A model generated the notes under the pieces. That model saw only the letters and a list, made by a program, of their open reading frames with translations. It was not told the DNA's origin and did not search any database. A stretch of 64,000 nucleotides of DNA from Candidatus Hydrogenedentota bacterium (GTDB taxonomy: Bacteria > Hydrogenedentota > Hydrogenedentia > Hydrogenedentales > SLHB01): positions 160,001 through 224,000 of the forward strand of contig CAXXYE010000008.1 of NCBI GenBank assembly GCA_963674865.2, in the 5' to 3' direction. The position numbers were made by a program, and so were the translations under genes. Of the stretch, positions 19,800 through 29,275 are shown one piece after another; within the stretch, counting starts at the first letter, position 1; the number at the start of each line of letters is the position of its first letter.

Positions 19800-20794
19800 G
19801 CGCTCACCTTTCGTCGAACGATGAACCGCCACGCGCCGTGGAGCATGCCGACTCCTCGCGCCGCATCGCGCAAGAGAGCCACGTCCAGAAACCACAACAT
19901 CCGAAGGTCGCGGCTCGCCCGGATCATCCGTCCCAACAATCCAAGATAGACCAGCACGAAGGCCGACAGCAAGATCAGGAGCACCGTGGCCACGACCGCG
20001 AGCGCGCTGCCGAAGGCCGCGGCCACCGGCGCCGCGATAAGTCCCACCGCGATCAGGAGCGCCAGTGCCGGCGCCGCCAACTCCGGCCCGCGCGCGTAGC
20101 GATCTCCCCGTGCGCGTCCGGGATGGCCCGCATAGAGCTTCATGCGCCAGAATCCATGACGCATCTGAGTTCTCAGGTAAGACGCCAGCCGCGCGGGATG
20201 GTAATGGGCCACCCGCGCCCCGCGCACGAACCGAAGCCGGCCCCCGGCGTCCATGAGCCGGTAGGCCAGGTCGTTATCCTCCGCGGAGGCCGCGGAATAC
20301 GTCTCATCGAAGCCGCCAACGGCCTCGAAAGCGTCCCGCCGGTACGCGACGTTGAAGGACCCCAGGAAATCTACCTCCTCGCCGAACCGTGCATGACGGG
20401 CGAGAATTTCCCCATGCACCACCCGGGCCAGCAGACTCTCCGGATTCGCAATGCCATAGGTTCCGCCAACGCCCACGACGTGCTCATCGGTGAAGCCCGC
20501 CGCCAAGTGCTCGAGCCAGTCCGGCTCCGGGATGCAGTCCGCGTCGGTGAACGCCACGATGTCGCCCTCGGCCTCGTGCGCGCCGCGATTGCGTGCCGCC
20601 GCCGGCCCGGCCCGATCCTGCCGGAGGTAGCGCACGGGCAAGGATTCGGCCGCCCGGGGAGTATCATCCGTCGAGCCGTCGTCCACGACAATCACCTCCC
20701 TCGGGCGGCACGTCTGATTCAGGCACGCCGCGAGGCATTCGGGCAGCGTTTGCGCCGCGTTGTGCGCCGGAATGACCACCGTCACTTGCATCAC
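19796..20794 (-). CDS. GT2 glycosyltransferase with C-terminal TM helices
   Basis: VVIPAHN, VDDGSTD, GPAAARN.G, FTDADC, GGFDE, EDNDL. Confidence 0.88.
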   Translation of the reverse strand: MMQVTVVIPAHNAAQTLPECLAACLNQTCRPREVIVVDDGSTDDTPRAAESLPVRYLRQDRAGPAAARNRGAHEAEGDIVAFTDADCIPEPDWLEHLAAGFTDEHVVGVGGTYGIANPESLLARVVHGEILARHARFGEEVDFLGSFNVAYRRDAFEAVGGFDETYSAASAEDNDLAYRLMDAGGRLRFVRGARVAHYHPARLASYLRTQMRHGFWRMKLYAGHPGRARGDRYARGPELAAPALALLIAVGLIAAPVAAAFGSALAVVATVLLILLSAFVLVYLGLLGRMIRASRDLRMLWFLDVALLRDAARGVGMLHGAWRFIVRRKVSA

Positions 20795-21279
20795 AGGCGC
20801 CCCAGGGCCATCACGCGCTCAATATCATCGCGCAGCGCGGCCACGAGCCGGGCCTCGGCGGGCCGGTAGGACGGAGGCGCGGGCGTGGGATTGGCGCAGG
20901 CTTCCGCGAGGAGGGCCATATCCATCACCATCCTGCCCCAACCGCGCCGCTGTACCGCTTCCGCGATGTCGAGCTGGTGGTCGCTCATGTGTTCATTGTA
21001 CTTCTTCAGCCTGGGCACAACGACAAACGGCCGCCGCGCTTCGAGCGCGTCGAGAACGGAGCCGATCCCGGCGTGGCACACGATCACGCGCGCCTCGCGT
21101 TGGATCCGCAGGATCTCGTCCCTTGACTTGAAGTCAAAGAACTCGCAGGTTTCCGGACGCGTTTGCCCCAAACCGATCTGGATAACCGTCTTCTCGCCCG
21201 TCGATAAGGCGATCTCATCCATCTTCCGAATCAGTCTCGGGAAATCCAGGAACATCGTGCCCAGGGTGACGTAAATCAT
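20791..21279 (-). CDS. Alg13/PssE/CpsG-like glycosyltransferase subunit
   Basis: MIYVTLGT..F.RL, HAGIGS, VVPRL..Y.EH..DHQ. Confidence 0.88.
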   Translation of the reverse strand: MIYVTLGTMFLDFPRLIRKMDEIALSTGEKTVIQIGLGQTRPETCEFFDFKSRDEILRIQREARVIVCHAGIGSVLDALEARRPFVVVPRLKKYNEHMSDHQLDIAEAVQRRGWGRMVMDMALLAEACANPTPAPPSYRPAEARLVAALRDDIERVMALGRL

Positions 21280-23243
21280 GCCGTGCGCTCCCCTCGACGC
21301 CTGCCGGCTCGCCTACTCCAGCCCGGCACGATGAACGTCGCCACAAGGCCCAGGCCCAACAGCCGGTGCTTGAATCCCGTCCACGTGGTGAGTCCCGGAA
21401 GTTGCCGCATGAGAAATCGCGGCCGGCAATAGAACTTGCGCAGCGCCTTGCGGTACTGCCGGGCCACGACGCGGGACGTCAATTCGCCGGAGTCGAAGGC
21501 CATGGAGCCATACGACGCCAGATCATCCCACGCGTCAATCCGAAGGCGGCCGCTCGTGACCACTTCGTCATACAGCGCCGTGCCGGGATAGGGCGTTGCC
21601 ACCGTGTACTGAGCATAGTCCGGATCGAGTTCACGGCAGAAGCGCATCGTCGCTTCCGTGTCGGCCAGCGTTTCGCCCAGGTTCCCGAGCATGAAGTACA
21701 CGCCCACCTCGAGTCCCGCCTCGTGCGCGGCGCGGACGGCGGCCCGCACCTGCTCGATGGTGATGTTCTTGTTGAGAGAGTCAATGACTCGCTGCACGCC
21801 CGATTCCGCGCCGAAGTAGACGCGGTAGCAGCCCGCCGCCTTCATGGCCTGGAGCAGTTCGGGCGTCACGTGGTTCACACGAAGGCCGTTTGTCGTCGAC
21901 CACGGTATCCTGGCCAGCCCGCGTTCCGTCAGCATCGCGCAGATCGCCTGGACCCGCTCCGCATCCGCCGTGAACACATCGTCAATGACCGCGATCTCCC
22001 GAGCGCCGTAACGCTCGACGAGGAACTGCCACTCATCCACGACGTCCGCCGCCGGCCGGAGGCGGAGGCGTCGCCCGAAGACTCCCTTGTAGCAGAAGGT
22101 GCATCCATACGGGCAGCCCCGCGAGGTGATGATGGGGAGGCAGAAATCGTTCCGGCGCGCCAGGCTCGAATAGCGCCCGAGGGGGAACAGCGACCAATCG
22201 GGACAGGGCAGGGCGTCCAGCTCGGCGCACAAGGGGCGCTCCGGATTGTGGACGATGCGCCCGTTCTTGCGCCACGAGACGCCGGCCACGCCCTCAGCGT
22301 CTTGGCCCTGGGCGAGGCGTTCCACCAACTCGCCCAGGGTGACCTCGCCTTCCGAACGGACCACGTAGTCGAAGGCTCCTTCCGCAAGCAGCTCCTCCGG
22401 CAGAACCGTCGCATGAGGCCCGCCCGCTATCAGCATCGGCGGCTGGCCGAGGGCGCGGATGCCCTTGACGATGCCCAGCGTCCCCGGCAGGAGCGGCGTT
22501 GTCACCGTGAAGCACACGAGGTCCGGCGCCTGGCCGGCGATCAGTGCCGTAACATCCTGCGCGGACAGCCGCTCGGCGTTCGCGTCGATCACGCGCACCT
22601 CGCAGCCGTGCCCTTCGAGGGCCGACGCGATGTAAGCCAATCCCATCGGCGGCTGATCGCTCGAAAATCCCCCGGCGTACGCCGATTGCACCAAAGTTGC
22701 CTTCAGGCGCCGCTCACGGCTCCGATCTCCGCCAATCGGCTCATCCTCATCGATCAGGCTCCCACGCATCCGCGCGCGCGGGCCGTAGACGCGCAGCAAC
22801 TCGCGCCACTGCACATAGAATCGATCCGCGAGCCAGTACATCAAACGGCCCGTCCAGGAAGGACGCGTTACTTGCGCGCCGCACTCGATGTACACACTCG
22901 GCACGCGAAAAAGCTTGGCTACCAGCACCACCGGAATCGCGATCTCGGCGCCCGTCGATACAACGAGATCCGGCCGCTCCTTCCTGAAGATCCGCGCCAG
23001 CCGAAACAGGTTAGCCACGAAGGCGAGGGGATTGCGCGGCCGGTTAGGCACGAGGTGCGCACGGGGGAGCGCGCGCGTCGTATCCGCGTCATAGCAGAAG
23101 TAGAAAGCGTCGTGCCCCTCGAAGGCTTCGGCGAGACTGAGCATTTCCGTCAGGTGCCCGCCGTGGGAGCACGCGAGGCATATGGACAGCCGTTTCACCG
23201 TCTCCGCGTTCGTCTCCGTGCGCATCCTCGTGTTCCGACTCAT
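21276..23243 (-). CDS. Fusion: Alg14/PssD-like domain + cobalamin-binding radical SAM
   Basis: N-terminal LACSHGGHL.EM, PDLVVSTGA.IA, YIE, FYVQW; then PPMGLAYIA, GGPHAT, SRGCPYGCTFC, GAESG, ATPYPGT; start may lie slightly downstream. Confidence 0.85.
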   Translation of the reverse strand: MSRNTRMRTETNAETVKRLSICLACSHGGHLTEMLSLAEAFEGHDAFYFCYDADTTRALPRAHLVPNRPRNPLAFVANLFRLARIFRKERPDLVVSTGAEIAIPVVLVAKLFRVPSVYIECGAQVTRPSWTGRLMYWLADRFYVQWRELLRVYGPRARMRGSLIDEDEPIGGDRSRERRLKATLVQSAYAGGFSSDQPPMGLAYIASALEGHGCEVRVIDANAERLSAQDVTALIAGQAPDLVCFTVTTPLLPGTLGIVKGIRALGQPPMLIAGGPHATVLPEELLAEGAFDYVVRSEGEVTLGELVERLAQGQDAEGVAGVSWRKNGRIVHNPERPLCAELDALPCPDWSLFPLGRYSSLARRNDFCLPIITSRGCPYGCTFCYKGVFGRRLRLRPAADVVDEWQFLVERYGAREIAVIDDVFTADAERVQAICAMLTERGLARIPWSTTNGLRVNHVTPELLQAMKAAGCYRVYFGAESGVQRVIDSLNKNITIEQVRAAVRAAHEAGLEVGVYFMLGNLGETLADTEATMRFCRELDPDYAQYTVATPYPGTALYDEVVTSGRLRIDAWDDLASYGSMAFDSGELTSRVVARQYRKALRKFYCRPRFLMRQLPGLTTWTGFKHRLLGLGLVATFIVPGWSRRAGRRRGERTA

Positions 23244-23357
23244 AATCGACGTTGCTCATCTGGGGATGAAGGGGCATGAAGAGAAGGCGAAAAACCGGGA
23301 CTGACACAAGCGGCGTCCGCCGTAAGCGGACGAGACGTGTCTGTCCCTGCTTTTCGC
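23230..23357 (-). repeat. Dispersed palindromic repeat (GGGACAG-GTCCGC/GCGGAC-CAGTCCC family)
   Basis: Reverse complement closely matches 54674-54786 and the interrupted copy at 52906-53170. Confidence 0.75.
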
Positions 23358-23408
23358 AAGAACATGACGCCATCACCATGACTCATGCCACTTGCACCTT
23401 TCCCACAC

Positions 23409-24905
23409 TCAGCCGAATAGGCTGACCTTTCCTGCCTTGAGGCTGTTCTTCACCATCACGCCCACAATGCGCGCCGCGTAGGCGAAATCCTCAGCCGTCG
23501 CCATCTTCCTGCGAATCTCGCCGATACCTTTAGGCGTGAAACAACGCGCCACCCGCTTCCGGATGAAACGCCAGTAGATCTCCTGCCGCTTCGCGTTCAG
23601 CTCATCCGCGGTGAAGTGCTTCGTGTGATACGCCGTGTGAAAGATCGTACTGGCCTCGGCATGCGGTACATCGAGCAGGCCCAGGGACTTGTAGACCTTG
23701 TAGAGATCCGATCCGGCATAAGGCTGCGCGATGTACAAGCTGATCATGTCCAGGCCCGAATCGACGGCAAACTGGGCCGTCTTCTCGACGCTTTCAGGCG
23801 TCTCCTCGGGAAATCCAATGATGAAATTGCCGTAAGTCCATATGCCGAGGCGGTGGCAGAGCTCGACAGTCTCGAGGACGCGGTCGAGGTCCACCTTCTT
23901 GCGGATGAACCGGAGTATCTCCGGATCCCCGGACTCGATGGGGAAGCAGGCGCGATAGAAGCCCGAGGCGCGCATCGCCTCCAGCAATTCCTCGTTGACG
24001 CGCCATATCGAGAGGCCCGGCGGCACCGTCCAGGTAACGTCGATATCCTGCTGGATGAGGTCCTCGCAGAGCGCCATTACCCGCTTCGGCTGAGCCAGGA
24101 AGCTGTCATCCTGAAAGGCGATCTCCCGCACACCGAACGTCTCCACCATGTACTCGATCTCGTCCACCACACGCTCCGGCGCCCGGGGACGCCACGTGCG
24201 CCAGAACCGCTTGGTGCTGCAAAACACGCAGTCGTAGGGGCACCCGCGGCTCGAAATCAGAAAACCGATGGGCCAGCGCTTCGCGAACGGCATGAGAGGC
24301 CGCTGATCTTCGAGGTAGACGTCCATTGGCAGCAGATCGCGCGCCGGCAACGGGAGGCCGTCCAGGTCCTCGATAAGATCCGCCAACGGATTCACGGCGG
24401 CTTTCGAGGTCGTTCCCGGAAGATCCTCCGGCAACGCTTTGTCGGCCTCCAAACGCGCAAGGAGAGCCGTTAGCACGGACTCTCCTTCGCTGCGGACGAT
24501 GAGGTCAATGTTCGGATCCTCGATCAGCGCTTCGGAGCGTTCACTGGCGTCCGGCCCGCCGACAACCACCGGCACGTCTCCCAGCGTCGCCTTCACGAGC
24601 GCCGCGATCCTCAGCGTGTCGCGATCGAATCCAGTGAACTGGCACGTAATGCCCACGAGATCCGGTGCTTCATCGTGCAGCCGCGCCGCAATCTCCTCAT
24701 CAGGCATGCCCACCCGGACCAAGTCCCCATCTTCGCGGCGCACCCACCAGCCTTCCGCCATGCAGTCGAGGACGACAGGCTCGTGCCCCGCCTCGCGCGC
24801 CGCCGCAGCCAGATAGGCGAGTCCGAGGGGCTCGTACAAGTCGGGCCGCGTCTGCTTCTTCGGCAGCCGCCCCGTGAAGGTCGGGCGAATCAACAGCACC
24901 TTCAT
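23409..24905 (-). CDS. Cobalamin-dependent radical SAM protein
   Basis: EPLGLAYLAA, VGGP, SRGCPYDCVFC, PIESG, FIIGFP.ET. Confidence 0.9.
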   Translation of the reverse strand: MKVLLIRPTFTGRLPKKQTRPDLYEPLGLAYLAAAAREAGHEPVVLDCMAEGWWVRREDGDLVRVGMPDEEIAARLHDEAPDLVGITCQFTGFDRDTLRIAALVKATLGDVPVVVGGPDASERSEALIEDPNIDLIVRSEGESVLTALLARLEADKALPEDLPGTTSKAAVNPLADLIEDLDGLPLPARDLLPMDVYLEDQRPLMPFAKRWPIGFLISSRGCPYDCVFCSTKRFWRTWRPRAPERVVDEIEYMVETFGVREIAFQDDSFLAQPKRVMALCEDLIQQDIDVTWTVPPGLSIWRVNEELLEAMRASGFYRACFPIESGDPEILRFIRKKVDLDRVLETVELCHRLGIWTYGNFIIGFPEETPESVEKTAQFAVDSGLDMISLYIAQPYAGSDLYKVYKSLGLLDVPHAEASTIFHTAYHTKHFTADELNAKRQEIYWRFIRKRVARCFTPKGIGEIRRKMATAEDFAYAARIVGVMVKNSLKAGKVSLFG

Positions 24906-25849
24906 CGGCGGGCCGCCTCCGGGATAGGGGCGGTGAGTCCCTTCAGAATTCCCCACGAATATGGCCAGATGACGACCCACCGCGCCGCCCACCGGGGCAG
25001 CGCAGCGCCAAGGCCGCCAAACTTGAACGTCAGGAAAGCCAAGGTAGCCGCGAGCGGAGCCGCCATGGTGGCCAGCCCGAGCCAAGGCCATTTCATGAGC
25101 AGGAGCGCCCCCGCCAGCAAGGCCAGCGGGAACAGCGGAATGGCCAGCGTGTACCACCATAACGCTTCGTACCACCCCGCCGCGCGCAGCATCACGACAA
25201 TATCCTTCCCCATCATCACGCTCTTGCGCCAGAGCCCGCGCAGGCGCGTCTCGTAGCGATGTTGCGCCGCGATCCCCTCGTCGAACCAGATCCGGTGTCC
25301 GGCCTTCCGCAGGGCGACGGAGATGTACACGTCCTCGGCGGCGCTATGGCCGCTGAGCGGGAGCCAGCCGCCCGCCTCGCGCAGCGCGGCCGTTCGGAAA
25401 TAGCTATTCCCGCCGATGACCCCCGATGTCTCGCCCGTTTCGAGCGTTTCCACGACAAACCACATGTGGTGGAGCCATGCCGCCAGATTTCGCTTCCCCA
25501 CTGGAGGATGCCGGCCGGTGCCCGCCGCCACGTCGGGCCGGGCGTCCAGCACCGACTTCGCACGCGCAACCCACTCCGGCACGAGGGTGCAGTCTGCGTC
25601 GGTGAAGGCCAGGTAATCCGTCTCGCAGGCCTTCAATACGGCATTGCGGGCCTCATATAACCCCGTCGTCTTGCTAGCGATCACCCGCGCCCCATACCGC
25701 TCCGCTACGGCCACCGTCGGATCCGAGGGGTCGTCGACGGCCACAACGATCTCGTCAGGCGGGGCGGTTTGCCGCTGGATGCTTTCGAGACAGTCCCCGA
25801 TGATGTCCTGCGCGCTTCGCGCACAGATCGCCAACGTCAGCGTACTCAT
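24902..25849 (-). CDS. GT2 glycosyltransferase with C-terminal TM helices
   Basis: GLYEARN, FTDADC, GGW...AAEDV; hydrophobic C-terminus. Confidence 0.82.
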   Translation of the reverse strand: MSTLTLAICARSAQDIIGDCLESIQRQTAPPDEIVVAVDDPSDPTVAVAERYGARVIASKTTGLYEARNAVLKACETDYLAFTDADCTLVPEWVARAKSVLDARPDVAAGTGRHPPVGKRNLAAWLHHMWFVVETLETGETSGVIGGNSYFRTAALREAGGWLPLSGHSAAEDVYISVALRKAGHRIWFDEGIAAQHRYETRLRGLWRKSVMMGKDIVVMLRAAGWYEALWWYTLAIPLFPLALLAGALLLMKWPWLGLATMAAPLAATLAFLTFKFGGLGAALPRWAARWVVIWPYSWGILKGLTAPIPEAARR

Positions 25850-26609
25850 GACGCTCCTGAAGAACGACGGGGACAAAGGAAAGACGCCGCGCCGCGGGGG
25901 CCCGCCTGTACCCACCGCGCCGCTCGTGACGGCGCGAAGGCCCAAATCGCCCTCGCCCGCACGCTTCTCCACCAACGTCGAGCCAACGAAGGAATCCGAA
26001 ACGATTCTAGTGCATGATCCGGGGAATCACAAGGAGGTCGCCTCGTCCGAGAGAGACCTACCCGCCACCGCATACCATCAGGAGCCGCACTTTCTGGCCG
26101 GACATCTAAGTTTGGTCCTTGCGGTCTTCGTGGCGCGGAGTAGGCCCGGCTTCATTGGCCGGCGCGAACGACACGAAGGAATGCGAAGGAAAAGGGGACA
26201 TGTTCCAAGCGCCGTCCCCGGCGCGACTACGTGTCCCCCTTTTCTGTGTCCGGCGCCTCACGTAACTCGTTTATTCATAATGACATAACACATTGCGGCT
26301 CGCGGCCGTCAGCCGGCCGAGACAAATCTCGAAACAAGGGGTATTGACTTGACAAGGCGACACGGCCTCGCAGTTTGCTCTCTCACCATCGGCCACCACC
26401 CATCGGCATGCCTATCAAACGCTTGCGCAGGGAAGACTGCAACGCCTTGGGCTAATCAATAGAGGGCCTTCACCTCTAGGAGTTCGTCTCAACACGGATC
26501 GCTGACAGTGTTCCGGCGGCACAATTGGCAACCCGGCCACGGGGGAATGCGCGCAGAATAGATCCGTGGTATCATTCGTTTGGTCTAGTGAAAGGGGAGA
26601 CATAGCGAA

Positions 26610-27509
26610 ATGCTCAGATTTCGGTTGTACGGCCCGATACTCGCGGCCCTGGCGCTCGTGCCCTTGCTGGCCGGGTGCCCCGTCTTGCCGTCCTATTCCG
26701 TCAAAATCACCTCGGATATCGTCTTCGCCACGGGCGTCGTATCAGATGGCGCCGAACCGGCCGTCTGGCAAACCAAGGACCTCCTCCTGGACGTCTACGA
26801 ACCGGAGGGCGAAGACGACAGCCCCAAGCCGGCGCTCATCATGATCCACGGCGGCGGGTTCATGGAGGGCGACAAAGACAAAAGCCAGATCGTGGATTTC
26901 GCGAACTACTTCGCCCGCCGCGGCATTGTCTGCTTCAGCATCCAATATCGTTTGATGGACGACCATCCCCCCGCGCCGAGCTACTGGGACAGCGTCGACC
27001 TGGTGGCCGCCGCCCATGCGTCCATGGTCGATGTAAAGGCGGCCATTCGGTTTGTCCGCGCCAACGCCGCCACCTATAACGTCAACCCGGACAAGATAGC
27101 TCTCATGGGCGAGTCCGCGGGCGCCATCGCAGGCGTTACCGCGGCCGTCACCAACGATGGCCAATACGACACCGACGGGCCGGATTTCCCCATTCCCGAG
27201 TCCAACTACCCCGGCGTCACGGCCAGCGTCGCAGGCCACGTCCAGCTCTGGGGGAGCGCCGACCACGTCCTCGTCGACATCGACCCGAACGATCCGCCCA
27301 TCATGATCGTGCACGGCGACGACGACGACAACAATCCCATCACCACCATCGGCGCGGCCAGGCGGCTCCACCTCGCATTGGAACTCTGGGACATCCCACA
27401 CGAGTTCTACGAGGCCGAGGGCTGGGGCCACAGCGCCTGGAATTACCGCGAGAACGGCAAAACCCTCGAGCGCCTCATCTACGATTTTCTCAACGAGTAC
27501 GTGGTCTAG
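26610..27509 (+). CDS. Alpha/beta hydrolase (esterase/lipase), lipoprotein
   Basis: LAGC lipobox; IHGGGF, GESAG, IVHGD.D, GHS. Confidence 0.85.
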   Translation: MLRFRLYGPILAALALVPLLAGCPVLPSYSVKITSDIVFATGVVSDGAEPAVWQTKDLLLDVYEPEGEDDSPKPALIMIHGGGFMEGDKDKSQIVDFANYFARRGIVCFSIQYRLMDDHPPAPSYWDSVDLVAAAHASMVDVKAAIRFVRANAATYNVNPDKIALMGESAGAIAGVTAAVTNDGQYDTDGPDFPIPESNYPGVTASVAGHVQLWGSADHVLVDIDPNDPPIMIVHGDDDDNNPITTIGAARRLHLALELWDIPHEFYEAEGWGHSAWNYRENGKTLERLIYDFLNEYVV

Positions 27510-27651
27510 CGCATGCCTTTACAGGCCCGGCCGCCGTGAGGCTATCACCGCCCATTGAAAGCCCCTCGCCCGTTTCCCTATCATCGCTTCCCGGTGAAAC
27601 CGTCCGGGGTGGGCGGCCTGTCCCACACCGCCTGAAGGGAGCGATCATCAC

Positions 27652-29154
27652 GTGTCGAACGTAGTCAACGATGGCCACGGCGCCGAGAAAGGGGCCCTCA
27701 CCCAAGAGGAGCGCCGGCGGCATTACGACGCCATTGCGTCGAACCGCGATACCTGGATTCGGCGGCATCGCTACTACCACGAGGCGCTACGCGATTTCTA
27801 CAGGATGACGATCCCCGAGGGCAGCTCCGTCCTGGAGGTCGGGCCGGGGACGGGGGATTTGCTCGACGCCCTCAAGCCCGCTCATGGCGTCGGTGTGGAT
27901 TTCAGCCATGAGATGGTGCGCTTGGCGCGCGCGAAGTATCCCCGCCTCGAGTTCGTCCAAGGCACGGCCGAGGCCCTACCTGTTCAGGACATATTCGATC
28001 ATGTCGTGCTCTCGAACGTCGTGGGCGACTTGTCGGACGTTTGGCAGGCCTTTCGCGAACTTCACCGCGTCACGCGGCCGGATTCCCGCGTCGTTATCAC
28101 CTACTACAACTTCATCTGGGAGCCCATCATCAAGCTCGGCGAGAAGCTTGGCCGCAAAATGCCGCAGTACAGCCAGAACTGGCTCTCCGTCGGCGATATG
28201 GCCAACCTGCTCGAACTCAACGGCTTCGAGGTGGTCCGCCGCGGTTATCGTGTCCTCCTGCCCATCGGCGTGCCCCTGCTCGCGCCGCTCTGCAACCGTG
28301 TCCTCGGCAAATTGCCGCTCCTGCGCCAGTTCTGCATGGTGAATTACCTGGTTGCCAAACCTTTGCCGGAGCCTCAGGCCCAAGCGCCCGCGGAGCTGAC
28401 GTGTTCCGTGATCATTCCTACGCGGAATGAGGCGGGCAACATCGAGCGCGCCGTCGAAGAGACGCCGGACATGGGCGGCCACACGGAGCTGGTGTTCGTT
28501 GATGGGGACTCGACGGACGGGACGGTTGAGAAGATCGAGGCGTGCATCGAGCGATTCCGGGGGCGCAAGGACATCAAGCTCATCCACCAGGTTCCCCGAG
28601 GCAGCAAGGAGGCCCATACGGGCAAGATGCTTTCGCTCGGGAAGGGCGACGCTGTCAGGAAGGGCTTCGACGCCGCCCAAGGCGACATCCTCATGATTTT
28701 GGATGCCGACCTCACCGTCCCGCCGGAGGACCTGCCCAAGTTCTACCGGGCCGTCGTGGAGGGCCGCGGCGAACTCATCAACGGCACGCGCCTCGTTTAC
28801 CAGATGGAGAGGCAGGCGATGCGCCTCTTCAACATCCTCGGCAACAAGGCCTTCAGCCTCGCCTTCACCTGGCTCCTCGAGCAGCCCATCAAGGACACCC
28901 TCTGCGGTACCAAGGCCCTCCTCAAGGAGGACTATGAGCGCATCAAGGCCAACAGGGCCTATTTTGGCGATTTCGACCCCTTCGGCGACTTCGATCTTCT
29001 CTTCGGCGCGGCCAAACTCAATCTCAAGATCGTCGAGGTGCCCATACGATACCGCGCCCGAACCTACGGCGACATCAAGATCGAACGCTGGAAGCACGGC
29101 GTCCTGCTGCTCAGGATGTGCCTGATTGCGCTCAAGAAGCTCAAGTTCAACTGA
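27652..29154 (+). CDS. SAM methyltransferase-GT2 glycosyltransferase fusion
   Basis: VLEVGPGTG in N-terminal half; IIPTRNEAGNI, VDGDSTDGT, GKGDAV, LDADL, DTLCGTK in C-terminal half. Confidence 0.85.
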   Translation: MSNVVNDGHGAEKGALTQEERRRHYDAIASNRDTWIRRHRYYHEALRDFYRMTIPEGSSVLEVGPGTGDLLDALKPAHGVGVDFSHEMVRLARAKYPRLEFVQGTAEALPVQDIFDHVVLSNVVGDLSDVWQAFRELHRVTRPDSRVVITYYNFIWEPIIKLGEKLGRKMPQYSQNWLSVGDMANLLELNGFEVVRRGYRVLLPIGVPLLAPLCNRVLGKLPLLRQFCMVNYLVAKPLPEPQAQAPAELTCSVIIPTRNEAGNIERAVEETPDMGGHTELVFVDGDSTDGTVEKIEACIERFRGRKDIKLIHQVPRGSKEAHTGKMLSLGKGDAVRKGFDAAQGDILMILDADLTVPPEDLPKFYRAVVEGRGELINGTRLVYQMERQAMRLFNILGNKAFSLAFTWLLEQPIKDTLCGTKALLKEDYERIKANRAYFGDFDPFGDFDLLFGAAKLNLKIVEVPIRYRARTYGDIKIERWKHGVLLLRMCLIALKKLKFN

Positions 29155-29222
29155 CGAGGCGGGCGAGGGCGCTCGGGGGACGCAGACAACGGCGTGTGAG
29201 CCGTTCACGTTAGATTGGCCCG

Positions 29223-29251
29223 TTGACGCTCCCAAGGGCCTTTGCTACACT
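29223..29251 (+). promoter_or_regulatory. Putative sigma70 promoter
   Basis: TTGACG-17 bp-TACACT, 24 nt upstream of the NtrC-family start. Confidence 0.5.
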
Positions 29252-29275
29252 TCATAATCTACATGGAGTGAACCC

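Noticed and set aside
21366..23279. Long antisense/alternate-frame ORFs (also 65..1690, 15526..16836, 37597..39453, 53168..54586)
   Set aside because: Shadow ORFs of high-GC genes; they lie opposite well-supported CDSs and lack recognisable motifs.
26290..26600. Riboswitch or ncRNA in the long intergenic region
   Set aside because: No recognisable conserved aptamer motifs by eye; an Rfam scan would be needed.
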